Positions 10,522 to 20,300 of a stretch of DNA of 24,000 bases are shown piece after piece (within the stretch, counting starts at the first letter, position 1; each line of letters opens with the position of its first letter). The notes below the pieces were generated by a model. That model did no database searches. It was not told the DNA's origin and saw only the letters and a list, made by a program, of their open reading frames with translations. The stretch is from contig DAOTVV010000048.1 of NCBI GenBank assembly GCA_034436255.1, forward strand, positions 7,320-31,319. Reading direction: 5' to 3'. The DNA is from Anaerolineae bacterium. Lineage in GTDB: Bacteria > Chloroflexota > Anaerolineae > DRVO01. The position numbers and the translations under genes were made by a program.

Positions 10522-11615
10522 AATCTGCTCGGTCCCGGCTCTATCCCAGTCGTCCAGACTACTGGCTGTTGGCGGTCACCTTCGCCTTGGTCGTAGTCGG
10601 CCTCATTGTACTGTACAGCGCCGCGATGGCTCAGAACCCGGGCAACCCCAGCCGCCTGGTGCTGCGGCAAGCGACATGGGCCGCCGTGGGCATAGCCGTC
10701 ATGGCCGTGCTGGCGCGTGTTGACTATCACCGATGGACGCTCTACTCGCTGCCGCTGCTCTTCTTCACTTGTGTGCTACTGCTGCTGGTCCTGATATTCG
10801 GCGAGGTCGTGTTCGGCAGCAGGCGCTGGGTAGTTAACGGTTCGGTGCAGCCGAGCGAGTTGATGAAGCTGGCTCTGACCATATACGTGGCTTACTGGCT
10901 CTCAAGCAAAGGGGATGAAATGAAGAAGGCGACCCACGGCCTGATCCCCTTCACCCTGATGGTTGGCTTCGTGACTGCCGTCATAATGGCTCAGCCGGAC
11001 TTCAGCACCGCCATGCTGATCGCTGGGGTGGCTCTGTTGCTGTTCGTGATCGCCGGGGTGGAGCTTTGGCAGGTGGGGTTGCTTGGCCTGGTGGTCGCTG
11101 GTTTTGCCGCTCTCCTCATCGTAACCGCACACTACCGGGTAGACCGGGTGAACGATTTCCAGGCGGCTATGCGCGACCCATTGGCAGCAGGCTACCACAT
11201 CCGTCAGACCGTGATCGCCTTGGGCAGCGGTGGCTTGACAGGGCGGGGGCTGGGCAACGGAGTGCTGAAGTTTGGTCACCTGCCAGCGGCGAATACGGAC
11301 AGCATTTTTGCCGTAATCGGGGAGGAGTTGGGTTTCGTTGGTTGCGTTACTGTGGTGGCCCTTTTCGCCCTATTTGCCTGGCGCGGCATAAGGATTGCGA
11401 CTCAGGCCGAGGATGCCTTCGGGAGCTTTCTCGCTGCCGGATTGGTGCTGCTGATCGTAGTGCAGGCGGCGCTGAACATCGCCGTTGTCACTGCCACGGT
11501 GCCCTACTCGGGTTTGCCACTACCCTTCATCAGCGCCGGTGGCTCCTCGCTAGTCATGTGCCTGGCGAGTATCGGCATCATCTTCAACATCAGCGGCCAC
11601 AGAGTAGAGGCTTAG
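10518..11615 (+). CDS. ftsW: SEDS-family peptidoglycan glycosyltransferase FtsW
   Basis: About 10 TM helices with QPSELMKLAL, IRQTVIALGSGGLTGRGLGNG, TDSIFAVIGEELGF and LPLPFISAGGSS motifs. ATG 10518 forms an ATGA overlap with the murD stop and is preferred over the longest-ORF start 10479. Confidence 0.9.
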   Translation: MKSARSRLYPSRPDYWLLAVTFALVVVGLIVLYSAAMAQNPGNPSRLVLRQATWAAVGIAVMAVLARVDYHRWTLYSLPLLFFTCVLLLLVLIFGEVVFGSRRWVVNGSVQPSELMKLALTIYVAYWLSSKGDEMKKATHGLIPFTLMVGFVTAVIMAQPDFSTAMLIAGVALLLFVIAGVELWQVGLLGLVVAGFAALLIVTAHYRVDRVNDFQAAMRDPLAAGYHIRQTVIALGSGGLTGRGLGNGVLKFGHLPAANTDSIFAVIGEELGFVGCVTVVALFALFAWRGIRIATQAEDAFGSFLAAGLVLLIVVQAALNIAVVTATVPYSGLPLPFISAGGSSLVMCLASIGIIFNISGHRVEA

Positions 11616-11616
11616 C

Positions 11617-12756
11617 ATGAGGCTGGCTCTGGCTGGCGGTGGCACCGGCGGGCACATCTATCCCGCTATCGCCGTGGTCGAGGCCTTGCACGAGGGGGGC
11701 AATGAGCCCGCGGACGTGCTCTGGCTGGGTGTGCCTTCGGGGCCGGAGGAGGAGAGCGCTCGCGCGCGCGGCTGGCAGTTCGCGCCCGTGCGCGCTGGAA
11801 AAGTGCGTGGCATGGGAGTGAGGGCGCCTTTCGCTGGGGTGGAAGGGCTGGCCTCGGCCTGGGCAGCCTCGCGCCATCTGCGCCGTTTCCGGGCCGATGT
11901 GCTCCTAGCTACCGGCGGCTACGTAAGTGTCCCCAGTGTCCTCGGGGCGCGAATGGCCGGCGTGCCCTCAGTCGTATACCTTCCGGATGTGGAACCAGGT
12001 TGGGCGGTGCGTTTCTCGCGGCGCTTCGCGGATGTGGTCGCTGTCACCTGCGAACGCTCGCGCCGTTATCTAGGCGGAAGCCGAGTGGTCGTCACTGGCT
12101 ACCCCGTGCGTTCGTCCTTCGTTTCCGGTTCGCGCGAACAGGCGCGGCGTCGCCTAGAGTTGGACTCCAGGCCGGCGGTGCTGGCGCTGGGCGGCAGCCT
12201 GGGCGCGCGCAGCATCAACGAGGCGGTGCTGCGATGGGCACCGCAGTGGACGCCGCGCTTCCAGGTCCTGCATGTGAGTGGACGGCGAGACTACACCTGG
12301 GTGAAAGACACTGCCAAGTCGGCGGGGCTGGTGCATGGCGAAGGCGGCTATTATCTGTATGAATACCTTGAGGATATGGCGACGGCGATGCTCGCGGCCG
12401 ATCTGGTGGTGAGCCGCGCCGGTGCTTCGACCCTGGGCGAACTGACAGCGGCCGGCAAGCCAGGCTTGGTTGTGCCCTACCCATACTCAGGGGCACACCA
12501 GCGGCAGAATGCTCTCTACCTGGTAGAGGAGGGGGCAGCCATCATGCTGGAGGACGCCGAGGTTCGAGAGCGCCTCGGCCCGGAGGTCAGCCGTCTGCTT
12601 GGGGACGAAAGGACGCTGCTCAACATGGCCGAACGCTCACTATCACTGGCCCGGCCTGAGGCTGCGCACGCGCTGGCTGAACTGGTGGTCAGCACGTCGC
12701 GAAAGCGCGCTAGCAGGGTGATGCCCACGCTTGCCCACGAGGATAGGGTGGTGTGA
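11617..12756 (+). CDS. murG: UDP-N-acetylglucosamine--N-acetylmuramyl-(pentapeptide) pyrophosphoryl-undecaprenol GlcNAc transferase MurG
   Basis: N-terminal LAGGGTGGHIYPAIAV. C-terminal SRAGASTLGELTAAGKP...VPYPYSGAHQRQNA. The start lies 1 nt after the ftsW stop. Confidence 0.95.
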   Translation: MRLALAGGGTGGHIYPAIAVVEALHEGGNEPADVLWLGVPSGPEEESARARGWQFAPVRAGKVRGMGVRAPFAGVEGLASAWAASRHLRRFRADVLLATGGYVSVPSVLGARMAGVPSVVYLPDVEPGWAVRFSRRFADVVAVTCERSRRYLGGSRVVVTGYPVRSSFVSGSREQARRRLELDSRPAVLALGGSLGARSINEAVLRWAPQWTPRFQVLHVSGRRDYTWVKDTAKSAGLVHGEGGYYLYEYLEDMATAMLAADLVVSRAGASTLGELTAAGKPGLVVPYPYSGAHQRQNALYLVEEGAAIMLEDAEVRERLGPEVSRLLGDERTLLNMAERSLSLARPEAAHALAELVVSTSRKRASRVMPTLAHEDRVV

Positions 12757-12757
12757 C

Positions 12758-13357
12758 ATGGCGCCGCAGTTCGTGATTGACTATCGGACCATAAGCGTGG
12801 TCGTGGTGCTGGTCTTTGCCCTGATCGGTGCTCTGCAGGGAGGGGCACGATCCATTGTGGTCGTCGCCGTGTCATTGGCGGTAATCGTGGGCATCGGTGA
12901 GCCCAGTATCGCCGGAGCGATGCTGCACATCGGGGAGAGGGTCGCCGGCATCCTCCGCCGTGCCGTCGGAGCGAGTTCTTCCGCAGGCGTGGCTGATCCT
13001 GGGCCGTACTACTTTCTCATCTATGTAGCTTTGCTGCTGGCAGCCGCTTTTCTGGGCAAGGCCCTGGTGAGAGAAGGGTCACTCACCAAGTCCTCGCGTC
13101 TGTTCGGTGGGTTCCTGGGTGTTCTCAACGGGTTGTTGTTCTCGCTCATGCTGCGCGAGAACCTTCTGCCGGTTGTCTCCCGTGCTCTCGGCTCGGGCTG
13201 GACCATACACGTGCGGCTGAGCGCGGAGGGCGGTGGCAGTGCGCCGCTGGTGGGCGGGAACGTTTCTGTGGGCACGGTGGCCTATGTATTTGGGCTGCTG
13301 CTGGCCGGCGCCGGTGTGCTGCGCAAAGTCCGGGCAGTACGGGGACCCATGGCATGA
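12758..13357 (+). CDS. Small polytopic membrane protein, CvpA-like (tentative)
   Basis: Four or more hydrophobic helices. N-terminal xIDYxxISVVVVLVFALIGALQGGARSIV parallels the CvpA WIDYAIIAVI...LIRGFVRE pattern, and SRLFGGFLGVLNGLLFSL parallels CvpA DRVLGVCFGALRGVL (recalled from memory, not aligned computationally). ATG 12758 lies 1 nt after the murG stop; the longest ORF starts at 12731. The stop overlaps the murC ATG. Confidence 0.5.
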   Translation: MAPQFVIDYRTISVVVVLVFALIGALQGGARSIVVVAVSLAVIVGIGEPSIAGAMLHIGERVAGILRRAVGASSSAGVADPGPYYFLIYVALLLAAAFLGKALVREGSLTKSSRLFGGFLGVLNGLLFSLMLRENLLPVVSRALGSGWTIHVRLSAEGGGSAPLVGGNVSVGTVAYVFGLLLAGAGVLRKVRAVRGPMA

Positions 13358-14709
13358 GCGAGCCAGCGTTTCGGCGCATTCACTTCATCGGCGTCGGCGG
13401 CACCGGCCTATCCGGGCTGGCGCGGCTCTCGCTGCTGATGGGCTACCAGGTTTCGGGCTCCGACCGCCAGCGCCCGCCATTGATCTCTGACCTCGAGTCC
13501 CTTGGCTTGAGGTTCCAGGGCGGGCATGTGCCCGATTTGGTGAGGCAGGCAGATCTAGTGGTCGTGTCCTCGGCGGTGGCGAACGACAACCCCGAAGCAG
13601 TGTGGGCGAGGGAAGCCGGCATACCGGTCTGGAAGCGCCATGAGTTCATACCCTGGTTGAGCGGCGGGCGCCGGATGGTTGCCATCGCAGGGACACACGG
13701 CAAGACGACGACGACCGCATTGCTCAGCCACATCCTGGTGGAGTGCGGGAACGATCCTACCTGCCTCGTAGGTGGGCTGGTGCACAACTGGGGCAGCAAC
13801 GCTCGCCTCGGCAGCGGCGATCTGTTCGTGGTCGAGGCCGACGAGTACGACCGCACTTTTCTCGCCCTGAACCCCTGGCTCGGCGTCATAACCTCGGTGG
13901 AGATGGATCATCCCGATTGCTACCCATCACTGGCTGACCTGGATGATGCCTTCGGCCAGTTCGTGGTTCGCTGCAGACGGGTTCTGGCCTGTGGCGACCA
14001 GGATGGGGTGAAGCGAGCGGTGGCCACTGCGGCCAACGTGCGTTGGTATGGGGCAGACTCGGGGGCGGACTGGCGGTCGCTCGCCTGGGAGGGGCGAACT
14101 GATGGCACCCGCTTCAGACTGGCCGGTCCTGACGGCCGCGAGCACGACGCGACAGTGCCGCTGTGGGGTGAGCATTCCGTGGCCAACGCCCTGGCCGCGA
14201 TTGCGGCGGCTTACGAGGTAGGCGTTCCTCCGGAAAGAGCGCTGCCAGCACTTCTGAGCTTCGAGGGAGTGGCGCGCCGCTTCAGTCTGCGCGGGTGCTG
14301 CTCTGGTGTGTACCTGGTGGACGATTACGGCCACCACCCGACCCAGATACGGTCTGTCCTGGACGCCGCTCGCCAGCGCTTTCCTGGTGCTCGCGAGGTT
14401 CTCGTTTTCCAGCCGCATACCTTCAGTAGGACGGAGGCCCTGTTCGAAGAGTACGCCACGGCCCTGTCGCAAGCTGACAGGGCGTTTGTGCTGCCCGTGT
14501 ATGGCGCTCGCGAATCCGGCGATGCGCACGCGCTTTCGGCCCGCCTGGCGGCAGCAGCCGGAGGCGAGGTTCTTCCGGGTGTGGAGCAGGCCAGCGAACG
14601 GCTGCTGGCCGTCCTGCGGCCGGGAGACGTGTTGTTGAACCTGGGCGCCGGTGATAACGAGCAGTTGACCGCTGAGCTGATGCGCCGCATGGGTTGTGAC
14701 GGTGGCTAG
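13354..14709 (+). CDS. murC: UDP-N-acetylmuramate--L-alanine ligase MurC
   Basis: IHFIGVGGTGLSGLARL, P-loop AIAGTHGKTTTT, EADEYDRTF, DDYGHHP motifs. Confidence 0.95.
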   Translation: MSEPAFRRIHFIGVGGTGLSGLARLSLLMGYQVSGSDRQRPPLISDLESLGLRFQGGHVPDLVRQADLVVVSSAVANDNPEAVWAREAGIPVWKRHEFIPWLSGGRRMVAIAGTHGKTTTTALLSHILVECGNDPTCLVGGLVHNWGSNARLGSGDLFVVEADEYDRTFLALNPWLGVITSVEMDHPDCYPSLADLDDAFGQFVVRCRRVLACGDQDGVKRAVATAANVRWYGADSGADWRSLAWEGRTDGTRFRLAGPDGREHDATVPLWGEHSVANALAAIAAAYEVGVPPERALPALLSFEGVARRFSLRGCCSGVYLVDDYGHHPTQIRSVLDAARQRFPGAREVLVFQPHTFSRTEALFEEYATALSQADRAFVLPVYGARESGDAHALSARLAAAAGGEVLPGVEQASERLLAVLRPGDVLLNLGAGDNEQLTAELMRRMGCDGG

Positions 14710-15637
14710 GTCCGTGGTCGCTTCGCTTGACGGTGTCCAGGAGAAGGTGCCCTTGGCCCCGTTCACGACGTTCGGAATCGGCGGCCCGGCCCGCTACCTT
14801 GCGGTAGCGCAGAACGGGGCAGCCGTCGAGCGGCTCGCCACCTGGGCCAGCGAACAGCAGTTGCCGTGGTTGGTGCTGGGGCGTGGCTCGAACGTGCTCG
14901 TGGACGACGGTGGCTATGAGGGTTTGGTCATCATTTTCCGGCGGCGAGAAGCGCAGGCCAGGAGCATCGAGGTGAACGACCTGCGGGACGGTTCGCTCCG
15001 CGTGAGAGCCGATGCTGGCACAAGCCTCGCCGGCCTGGCCCGCTGGTGCTCCGAGCGCGGCCTTTCGGGGCTGGAATGGGCCTGTGGCATTCCCGGAACA
15101 CTGGGCGGAGCAGTCACGGGCAATGCTGGCGCTTACGGTAGCTCAATGTCGACGGTGGTGCACACAGTTGAGGTGCTGAGCGACGGAGGCAGGCGCTGCT
15201 CGTACCCCAGCCGCGAGCTAGGGTTCAGCTACCGCCACAGCTCGACCCTGGCTAAGGGTGAAGGATTGGCGGTGCTTGATGTGGCTCTTGATCTTAAGCG
15301 CGGTGATCCTGAATCATCCGCCGCGAAAATGGCCTGGTACAGCCAGCAGCGGCGCAACTCTCAGCCAAAGGGACGGAGCGCCGGGTGCGTGTTCCGCAAC
15401 CCTGCCGGAGGTTCGGCAGGGGCCCTTATCGAGGCCTGTGGCCTGAAAGGCTTCGCCATCGGTGATGCGGTGATTTCGGATGTGCACGCGAATTTCATTC
15501 TCAACCGAGGGCAGGCGCGGGCCGAAGAAGTGCTCCGGCTGATGAACACAGCGCGGCGCCGCGTCTTCGAACGGTTCGGCGTGCGGCTCGAGAGCGAGAT
15601 CCGTTTCATAGGTCCCTTGTCCTTGGAGGTACTTTGA
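14696..15637 (+). CDS. murB: UDP-N-acetylenolpyruvoylglucosamine reductase MurB
   Basis: [17 protein letters not shown] and [12 protein letters not shown]-binding motifs, plus C-terminal GCVFRNP and ...HANFILN. GTG start overlaps the murC end by 14 nt; GTG 14714 is an alternative. Confidence 0.93.
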   Translation: MTVARSVVASLDGVQEKVPLAPFTTFGIGGPARYLAVAQNGAAVERLATWASEQQLPWLVLGRGSNVLVDDGGYEGLVIIFRRREAQARSIEVNDLRDGSLRVRADAGTSLAGLARWCSERGLSGLEWACGIPGTLGGAVTGNAGAYGSSMSTVVHTVEVLSDGGRRCSYPSRELGFSYRHSSTLAKGEGLAVLDVALDLKRGDPESSAAKMAWYSQQRRNSQPKGRSAGCVFRNPAGGSAGALIEACGLKGFAIGDAVISDVHANFILNRGQARAEEVLRLMNTARRRVFERFGVRLESEIRFIGPLSLEVL

Positions 15638-16707
15638 GAGCGGTGAATCGGGTGGCTGTCCTCTACGGCGGCGTATCGGGTGAGCACGAGGTGTCGGTAG
15701 CCTCGGCCCGGTCGGTGATCGCCGCTTTGCGCAGTGCGGGCTACCAGGTGCTGCCTATTCTCATTGACCGCGATGGTGAGTGGCGGACTCAGCCGGAAGG
15801 CACGCCGGGGGCGTTGGGGCGGCACGGCCGCTTGCTGAGCCTGGCCCTTGGGGCGGCACAGAGGGAACTGGAGCCGGTGGAATTCGTGTTTCCGGTGCTC
15901 CATGGGACCATGGGCGAAGATGGCACGATCCAGGGCATGCTGGAGATTCTGGAGGTGCCATATGCCGGAGCCGGCGTTCTGGGCTCGGCACTTGGGATGG
16001 ACAAGATCGTTATGAAGCGCCTCTTCCGCGTAGCCGGCCTGCGCACCGTGGACTTTGTAGCGTGCACCCGGCAGGCCATCCTCGATGGACCAGAGGCTGT
16101 AGCTGACGAGATAGAGGCAGCACTTCGCTATCCGGTATTCACCAAGCCATCGAACTTGGGCTCAAGCGTCGGCGTCAGCAAAGCCGGCAATAGACATGAG
16201 TTGCTGGCTGCCCTGGCTCTCGCCGCTCGTTACGACCGCCGGGTCATTGTCGAACAGGGGGTGGATGCCCGCGAGATCGAGAGCAGCGTGCTTGGCAATG
16301 ACGAGCCCATAGCGACCGTACCCGGCGAGGTCATTCCGGGGCGCGACTTCTACGACTACGAGGCGAAGTACGGCGATGCCGGTTCGCTGGTGCTGGCGCC
16401 GGCCAATCTTGACGAGGCCCTGGTTAATCAGGTGCGAGAATGGGCGGTCCGGGCCTTCCTGGCGCTCGATCTGGCGGGATTTGCACGCGTGGATTTCCTG
16501 CTGGAGCGAAACACGGGGATGCTCTACATAAGTGAGGTGAACACCATCCCTGGGTTCACTGAGATCAGCATGTTTGCCAAGCTATGGCAGGCATCGGGCC
16601 TCAGTTTCCCTGAGCTCGTTGACCGCATTGTGGCCCTGGGGCTGGAACGTTTCGCCGACAAGCAACGTTCGCTGAGCGCGGCTCGAGAGGAAACCATTGC
16701 AAGCTAA
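15634..16707 (+). CDS. ddl: D-alanine--D-alanine ligase
   Basis: VAVLYGGVSGEHEVSVASA, HGTMGEDGTIQGMLEILEVPYAGAGV, ATP-grasp region, and C-terminal EVNTIPGFT. TTGA overlaps the murB stop. Confidence 0.95.
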   Translation: MRAVNRVAVLYGGVSGEHEVSVASARSVIAALRSAGYQVLPILIDRDGEWRTQPEGTPGALGRHGRLLSLALGAAQRELEPVEFVFPVLHGTMGEDGTIQGMLEILEVPYAGAGVLGSALGMDKIVMKRLFRVAGLRTVDFVACTRQAILDGPEAVADEIEAALRYPVFTKPSNLGSSVGVSKAGNRHELLAALALAARYDRRVIVEQGVDAREIESSVLGNDEPIATVPGEVIPGRDFYDYEAKYGDAGSLVLAPANLDEALVNQVREWAVRAFLALDLAGFARVDFLLERNTGMLYISEVNTIPGFTEISMFAKLWQASGLSFPELVDRIVALGLERFADKQRSLSAAREETIAS

Positions 16708-17497
16708 CTGGTCAGCCCTCGATAGTGATCCCAGGCGGCTATTGCAACTGGCGGGTGAGCAAGGAGGGGCGAGAGCGGCGAATCCGCCACGTCCCCGCAA
16801 CTCGTTGCTGCGCGGCCTTGCCAATTGGGGCGGTGGCCGGCTGATCAGTGCGGCGATGCTATTGCTAGCCAGCTGGGCTATCTGGACGGTGCATCGCGCG
16901 CCGGCCTGGCACGTGCACTGGGTCGAGGTGGTCGGGTGCACGTTAATCTCGCCGGAACAGGTTGTGGGTGCTGCGGGCCTGGCGGACGCATGGTCCGTAG
17001 AGCTTGAACCGGTGACCGTGGCCGAGCGGGTGCGGACCGTGCCAGGTGTGCGCACGGCGCAGGCCGAGGTATGGCTGCCCAACCATGTCCGGATCACCGT
17101 CAGCGAGGAAAGACCGGTTGCGGTGCTGCAGGAAGCGGATGGCCAGCTTTGGGTGACTGAGCGTGGCCAGCTACTGCGCCCTTTCGGCAAGGTGGATCAC
17201 TTGCCTGTGTTGGCGCTGCCCTCTGGCAACTGGCCTGGGGAGAGTATGCCGGCGGAGGTCATAAACGGCCTGAGCGCGATGGCAGCAGCGTTTCCTGGCC
17301 AGACTGAGTTCCAATACGACCCAATGAAGGGCTTTGTGATCAAGGACAATCGCGGCTATCCGGTGTACCTTGGGAACGCTTCTGAGCTCGCGCGCCAACT
17401 GGCAGTAGCCGCCGCTCTGGACAAGCAGCTCCGTGCCAAGGGGCAGGTGCCACAGTTCGTGGATCTGAGGACGGTCGCAGGTGCCTACTATCGTTAG
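16697..17497 (+). CDS. ftsQ: Cell division protein FtsQ/DivIB (POTRA domain)
   Basis: Cytoplasmic N-terminus, one TM helix (LISAAMLLLASWAIW), then a POTRA-like V..VEVVG...IS.E.V and ...V.I.V.ER.PVA pattern. Canonical position before ftsA. TTG start with GAGG 7 nt upstream. Confidence 0.8.
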   Translation: MQANWSALDSDPRRLLQLAGEQGGARAANPPRPRNSLLRGLANWGGGRLISAAMLLLASWAIWTVHRAPAWHVHWVEVVGCTLISPEQVVGAAGLADAWSVELEPVTVAERVRTVPGVRTAQAEVWLPNHVRITVSEERPVAVLQEADGQLWVTERGQLLRPFGKVDHLPVLALPSGNWPGESMPAEVINGLSAMAAAFPGQTEFQYDPMKGFVIKDNRGYPVYLGNASELARQLAVAAALDKQLRAKGQVPQFVDLRTVAGAYYR

Positions 17498-17837
17498 GGT
17501 GAGGTCAGTGCTCTGGTTTGTCCTGATAGGGATCGGCGCCGGCATCGGTGCGGGCTTTCTCTGGAGGCCCAGCGTCTCGCTTGCGCTGGCTCGCTATGCC
17601 GCTGCGTGGCTTCTCTGCTGCCTTGAAGGCTTGCTAGCGTTGCTAGCTGGGCGTGAACTGGAGCGCGTCTCCGTCGCTGTCGTACGTTCCCTGGCTTATC
17701 TCGCAATCACCGGGGTACTGCTTGCTCTCTCGGACAGGCTGGATATGCAGCTGTACCTTGCTGCCTTCGCTGCTCTCGGGGTCCGGATCTTCGCTCACCT
17801 GGACGCTCTGATAGGTGGCATCGGCCATGCTGGATGA
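17481..17837 (+). CDS. Small membrane protein resembling the Sbp (YlxX, DUF1290) family found between divIB and ftsA in Firmicutes
   Basis: Roughly 110-118 aa with 3-4 helices. N-terminal LWFVLIGIGAGIGAG and C-terminal LDMQLYLAAFAALGVRIFAHL resemble my recollection of B. subtilis Sbp (WLPVLGLVLGIAIG..., LGVDLYLAGIFAFGVRLFQNI). Same synteny position. Start ambiguous: GTG 17481, 17499 or 17508. Confidence 0.5.
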   Translation: MPTIVRVRSVLWFVLIGIGAGIGAGFLWRPSVSLALARYAAAWLLCCLEGLLALLAGRELERVSVAVVRSLAYLAITGVLLALSDRLDMQLYLAAFAALGVRIFAHLDALIGGIGHAG

Positions 17838-17864
17838 GGCTAGACGTGAGCTACGGCTTCGAGC

Positions 17865-19100
17865 ATGCCAGAGGTTGAACTTCGCGTGAGTGACGTGATC
17901 GCGGCTTTGGATATAGGCAGCAGCAAAGTGTCCGCCCTGGTTGCCAAGGTGGACGGCGACAATGTCGTCGTCATCGGATCAGGGCTGGCGCCATCGCGCG
18001 GCATGGAGAAGGGCGTGGTGGCCGACATTGCCGCCGTATCCGAAAGCGTGGGCCGAGCTGTGGAGGAAGCTGAACGGAGCTCGCGCTATGGCATAGACCG
18101 GGCCTGGGTGTCTATCGGGGGTGCACACATCCAGTCTCAGAACTCGCGCGGCGAAGCTATCGTAAGTCAGGCCATGCGCGGAGTGGAACAGGCGGACGTG
18201 GACCGGGCCCTGAGCGAAGCGCGCGTCCTGGCGCTGCCGCAGGAGCGCCAGGTACTGCACGTGGTCCCCCGGGGTTATTGGCTGGACAACAGCGTGCTCG
18301 TTCGAGAGCCTATCGGCATGGCGGCGCACCGGCTTGACGCCGAGGTGCACGTGGTCACTGCTCTCGACAGTGCTGCCCGTAACCTTACCCGCTGCGTTGA
18401 AGGGGCGGGTGTAGCGGTTGAAGGGCTTATCGCACAGGTCCTGGCTGCCGGCGAGGCAGTGCTCACACCGAACGAGCGCGAGATGGGTGTGGCATGTGTC
18501 AACATCGGCGCGGGCACGACCGATATCGGAGTGTACCTCAACGGGAGCGTGTGGCACACCGTCACGCTGGGGACCGGTGGCAACCACATTACGAGTGACC
18601 TGGCGATCGGGCTGCATGCCCCGCTTGAGGTGGCAGAGGACGTCAAGCTACGTTACGGCCATTGTCTGACCAGGCAGATCCAACCGGACGAGATAGTGCG
18701 GATCTCGGGCTTTGGTGGTGATGGGGCAAGAGAATTCACACGAGAGGAGGTGGTGCGGATCATCGAAGCGCGCGTCGAGGAGATATGTACCCTCGTTCAG
18801 CGCGAACTGAGACGTTCGTCATTCGACGGGTTGCTTTCGGCCGGGGCGGTGCTGTGCGGCGGCACCGCTAACCTTCCAGGGATTGCTGACTTGGCAAGCG
18901 AGGTGATGGACATGCCCGTGCGGGTGGTGGCCCCGCGGCAGGTTCAGGGCCTCACTGAAGTGATCGGCGATGTTGGTCAGGCTACAGGCGTGGGCTTGCT
19001 ACTGTGGGGAGCGCGCCAGCGTCAGACGCCGGATGTCGAGGCAGGGGGAGGCATCTTGCATCGCTTGGGACGGATCCTGAGGGCGATTTTGCCGGGCTAA
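17865..19100 (+). CDS. ftsA: Cell division protein FtsA
   Basis: Actin-fold phosphate-1 motif IAALDIGSSKV, GVVADI, NIGAGTTDIGVY, VLCGGTANLPGI. The C-terminal GILHRLGRILRAILPG is an amphipathic membrane-targeting helix. Confidence 0.93.
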   Translation: MPEVELRVSDVIAALDIGSSKVSALVAKVDGDNVVVIGSGLAPSRGMEKGVVADIAAVSESVGRAVEEAERSSRYGIDRAWVSIGGAHIQSQNSRGEAIVSQAMRGVEQADVDRALSEARVLALPQERQVLHVVPRGYWLDNSVLVREPIGMAAHRLDAEVHVVTALDSAARNLTRCVEGAGVAVEGLIAQVLAAGEAVLTPNEREMGVACVNIGAGTTDIGVYLNGSVWHTVTLGTGGNHITSDLAIGLHAPLEVAEDVKLRYGHCLTRQIQPDEIVRISGFGGDGAREFTREEVVRIIEARVEEICTLVQRELRRSSFDGLLSAGAVLCGGTANLPGIADLASEVMDMPVRVVAPRQVQGLTEVIGDVGQATGVGLLLWGARQRQTPDVEAGGGILHRLGRILRAILPG

Positions 19101-19206
19101 GGGAGTTCCCGGAGAGCGGGCTGGCCAGAGAGGGCCAGGCCCGTCGGCAGCCAGCGCAGGCCGCACACATCAGGGATGAGGGCAAGCAGGCTATAGGAGA
19201 ATGGGG

Positions 19207-20268
19207 ATGGCTACACGTGATCAGATGGAGAACTTCGCTCAGATCAAGATCACCGGGGTAGGTGGGGGCGGGACCAACGCGGTGAACCGCATGATTGATG
19301 CCGGCGTGCAAGGAGTGGAGTTCATCGCCATAAACACCGATTCCCAGGCGCTTATGCTTTCCAATGCGCCGAAGCGCATCCGCATTGGCGAGAAGATCAC
19401 CAAGGGGATGGGGTCAGGTGGCGATCCCGCTATCGGCCAGAAGGCCGCTGAGGAAAGCGCGGATGAGCTGTACGAGGCCCTGCAAGGGGCGGACATGGTG
19501 TTCGTGACAGCGGGCGAAGGCGGTGGCACCGGCACCGGTGCAGCGCCCGTGGTTGCCCGAATTGCGCGCGAGGCAGGGGCCTTGACCGTCGCAGTAGTTA
19601 CCAAGCCCTTCAGCTTCGAGGGCCGTCGCCGGATGCAAGCGGCGGAGGAGGGCATCAAGCGGCTAAAGGAGACGGTGGACACGCTAATCGTTATTCCGAA
19701 TGACCGCTTGCTCCAGGTGGTCAATAGCAAGACGCCCATGAACACTGCTTTTGGCCAGGCCGACGAGGTGCTGCGCCAGGGTGTGCAGGGCATCTCCGAA
19801 CTCATCACGGTTCCTGGCTTGATCAACTTGGATTTCGCCGACGTGAAGACCATCATGAGCAACGGCGGGGCAGCTCTGATGGCCATCGGCAAGGGAAAGG
19901 GCGACAAGCGAGCGGTCGAGGCGGCAAACAGCGCCGTTACCTGCCAACTTCTTGATGTGAGCATTGAGGGGGCGAAGGGCATCCTCTTCAACGTCACGGG
20001 CGGCGCCGACCTGACCCTTCATGAGGTCAACGAGGCCGCCGAGATCGTCCGCCAGGCGGCCCATCCTGAAGCTAACATCATCTTCGGCGCCGTGATCAAC
20101 CCGGAGCTTGACGACGAGATCCGGATCACCGTCGTCGCCACCGGCTTCGAGGAACAAGCACAGAGCCTTAGTGCCTCACGCACGAACATCCGCGAGTTCC
20201 CGCGAGCCGCTGCTTTTTCAGAGGATGCGACGGAAGTGCCAGCCTTCCTGCGGCGCCGGACCAGGTGA
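19207..20268 (+). CDS. ftsZ: Cell division GTPase FtsZ
   Basis: [17 protein letters not shown], tubulin signature [18 protein letters not shown], and the conserved C-terminal peptide [13 protein letters not shown] (19196-19199) lies 7 nt before ATG 19207, so this start is preferred over ATG 19201. Confidence 0.97.
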   Translation: MATRDQMENFAQIKITGVGGGGTNAVNRMIDAGVQGVEFIAINTDSQALMLSNAPKRIRIGEKITKGMGSGGDPAIGQKAAEESADELYEALQGADMVFVTAGEGGGTGTGAAPVVARIAREAGALTVAVVTKPFSFEGRRRMQAAEEGIKRLKETVDTLIVIPNDRLLQVVNSKTPMNTAFGQADEVLRQGVQGISELITVPGLINLDFADVKTIMSNGGAALMAIGKGKGDKRAVEAANSAVTCQLLDVSIEGAKGILFNVTGGADLTLHEVNEAAEIVRQAAHPEANIIFGAVINPELDDEIRITVVATGFEEQAQSLSASRTNIREFPRAAAFSEDATEVPAFLRRRTR

Positions 20269-20300
20269 CCGCGGCCTCAGCCAGGCAGCAAGACTTTGGC

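Noticed and set aside
13927-14766. 279-aa minus-strand ORF antisense to murC
   Set aside because: Shadow ORF inside murC with no motifs.
19239-19997. 252-aa minus-strand ORF antisense to ftsZ
   Set aside because: It lies entirely within ftsZ, one of the most confidently identified genes here, and has a Ser/Ala/Pro-rich antisense-type composition.
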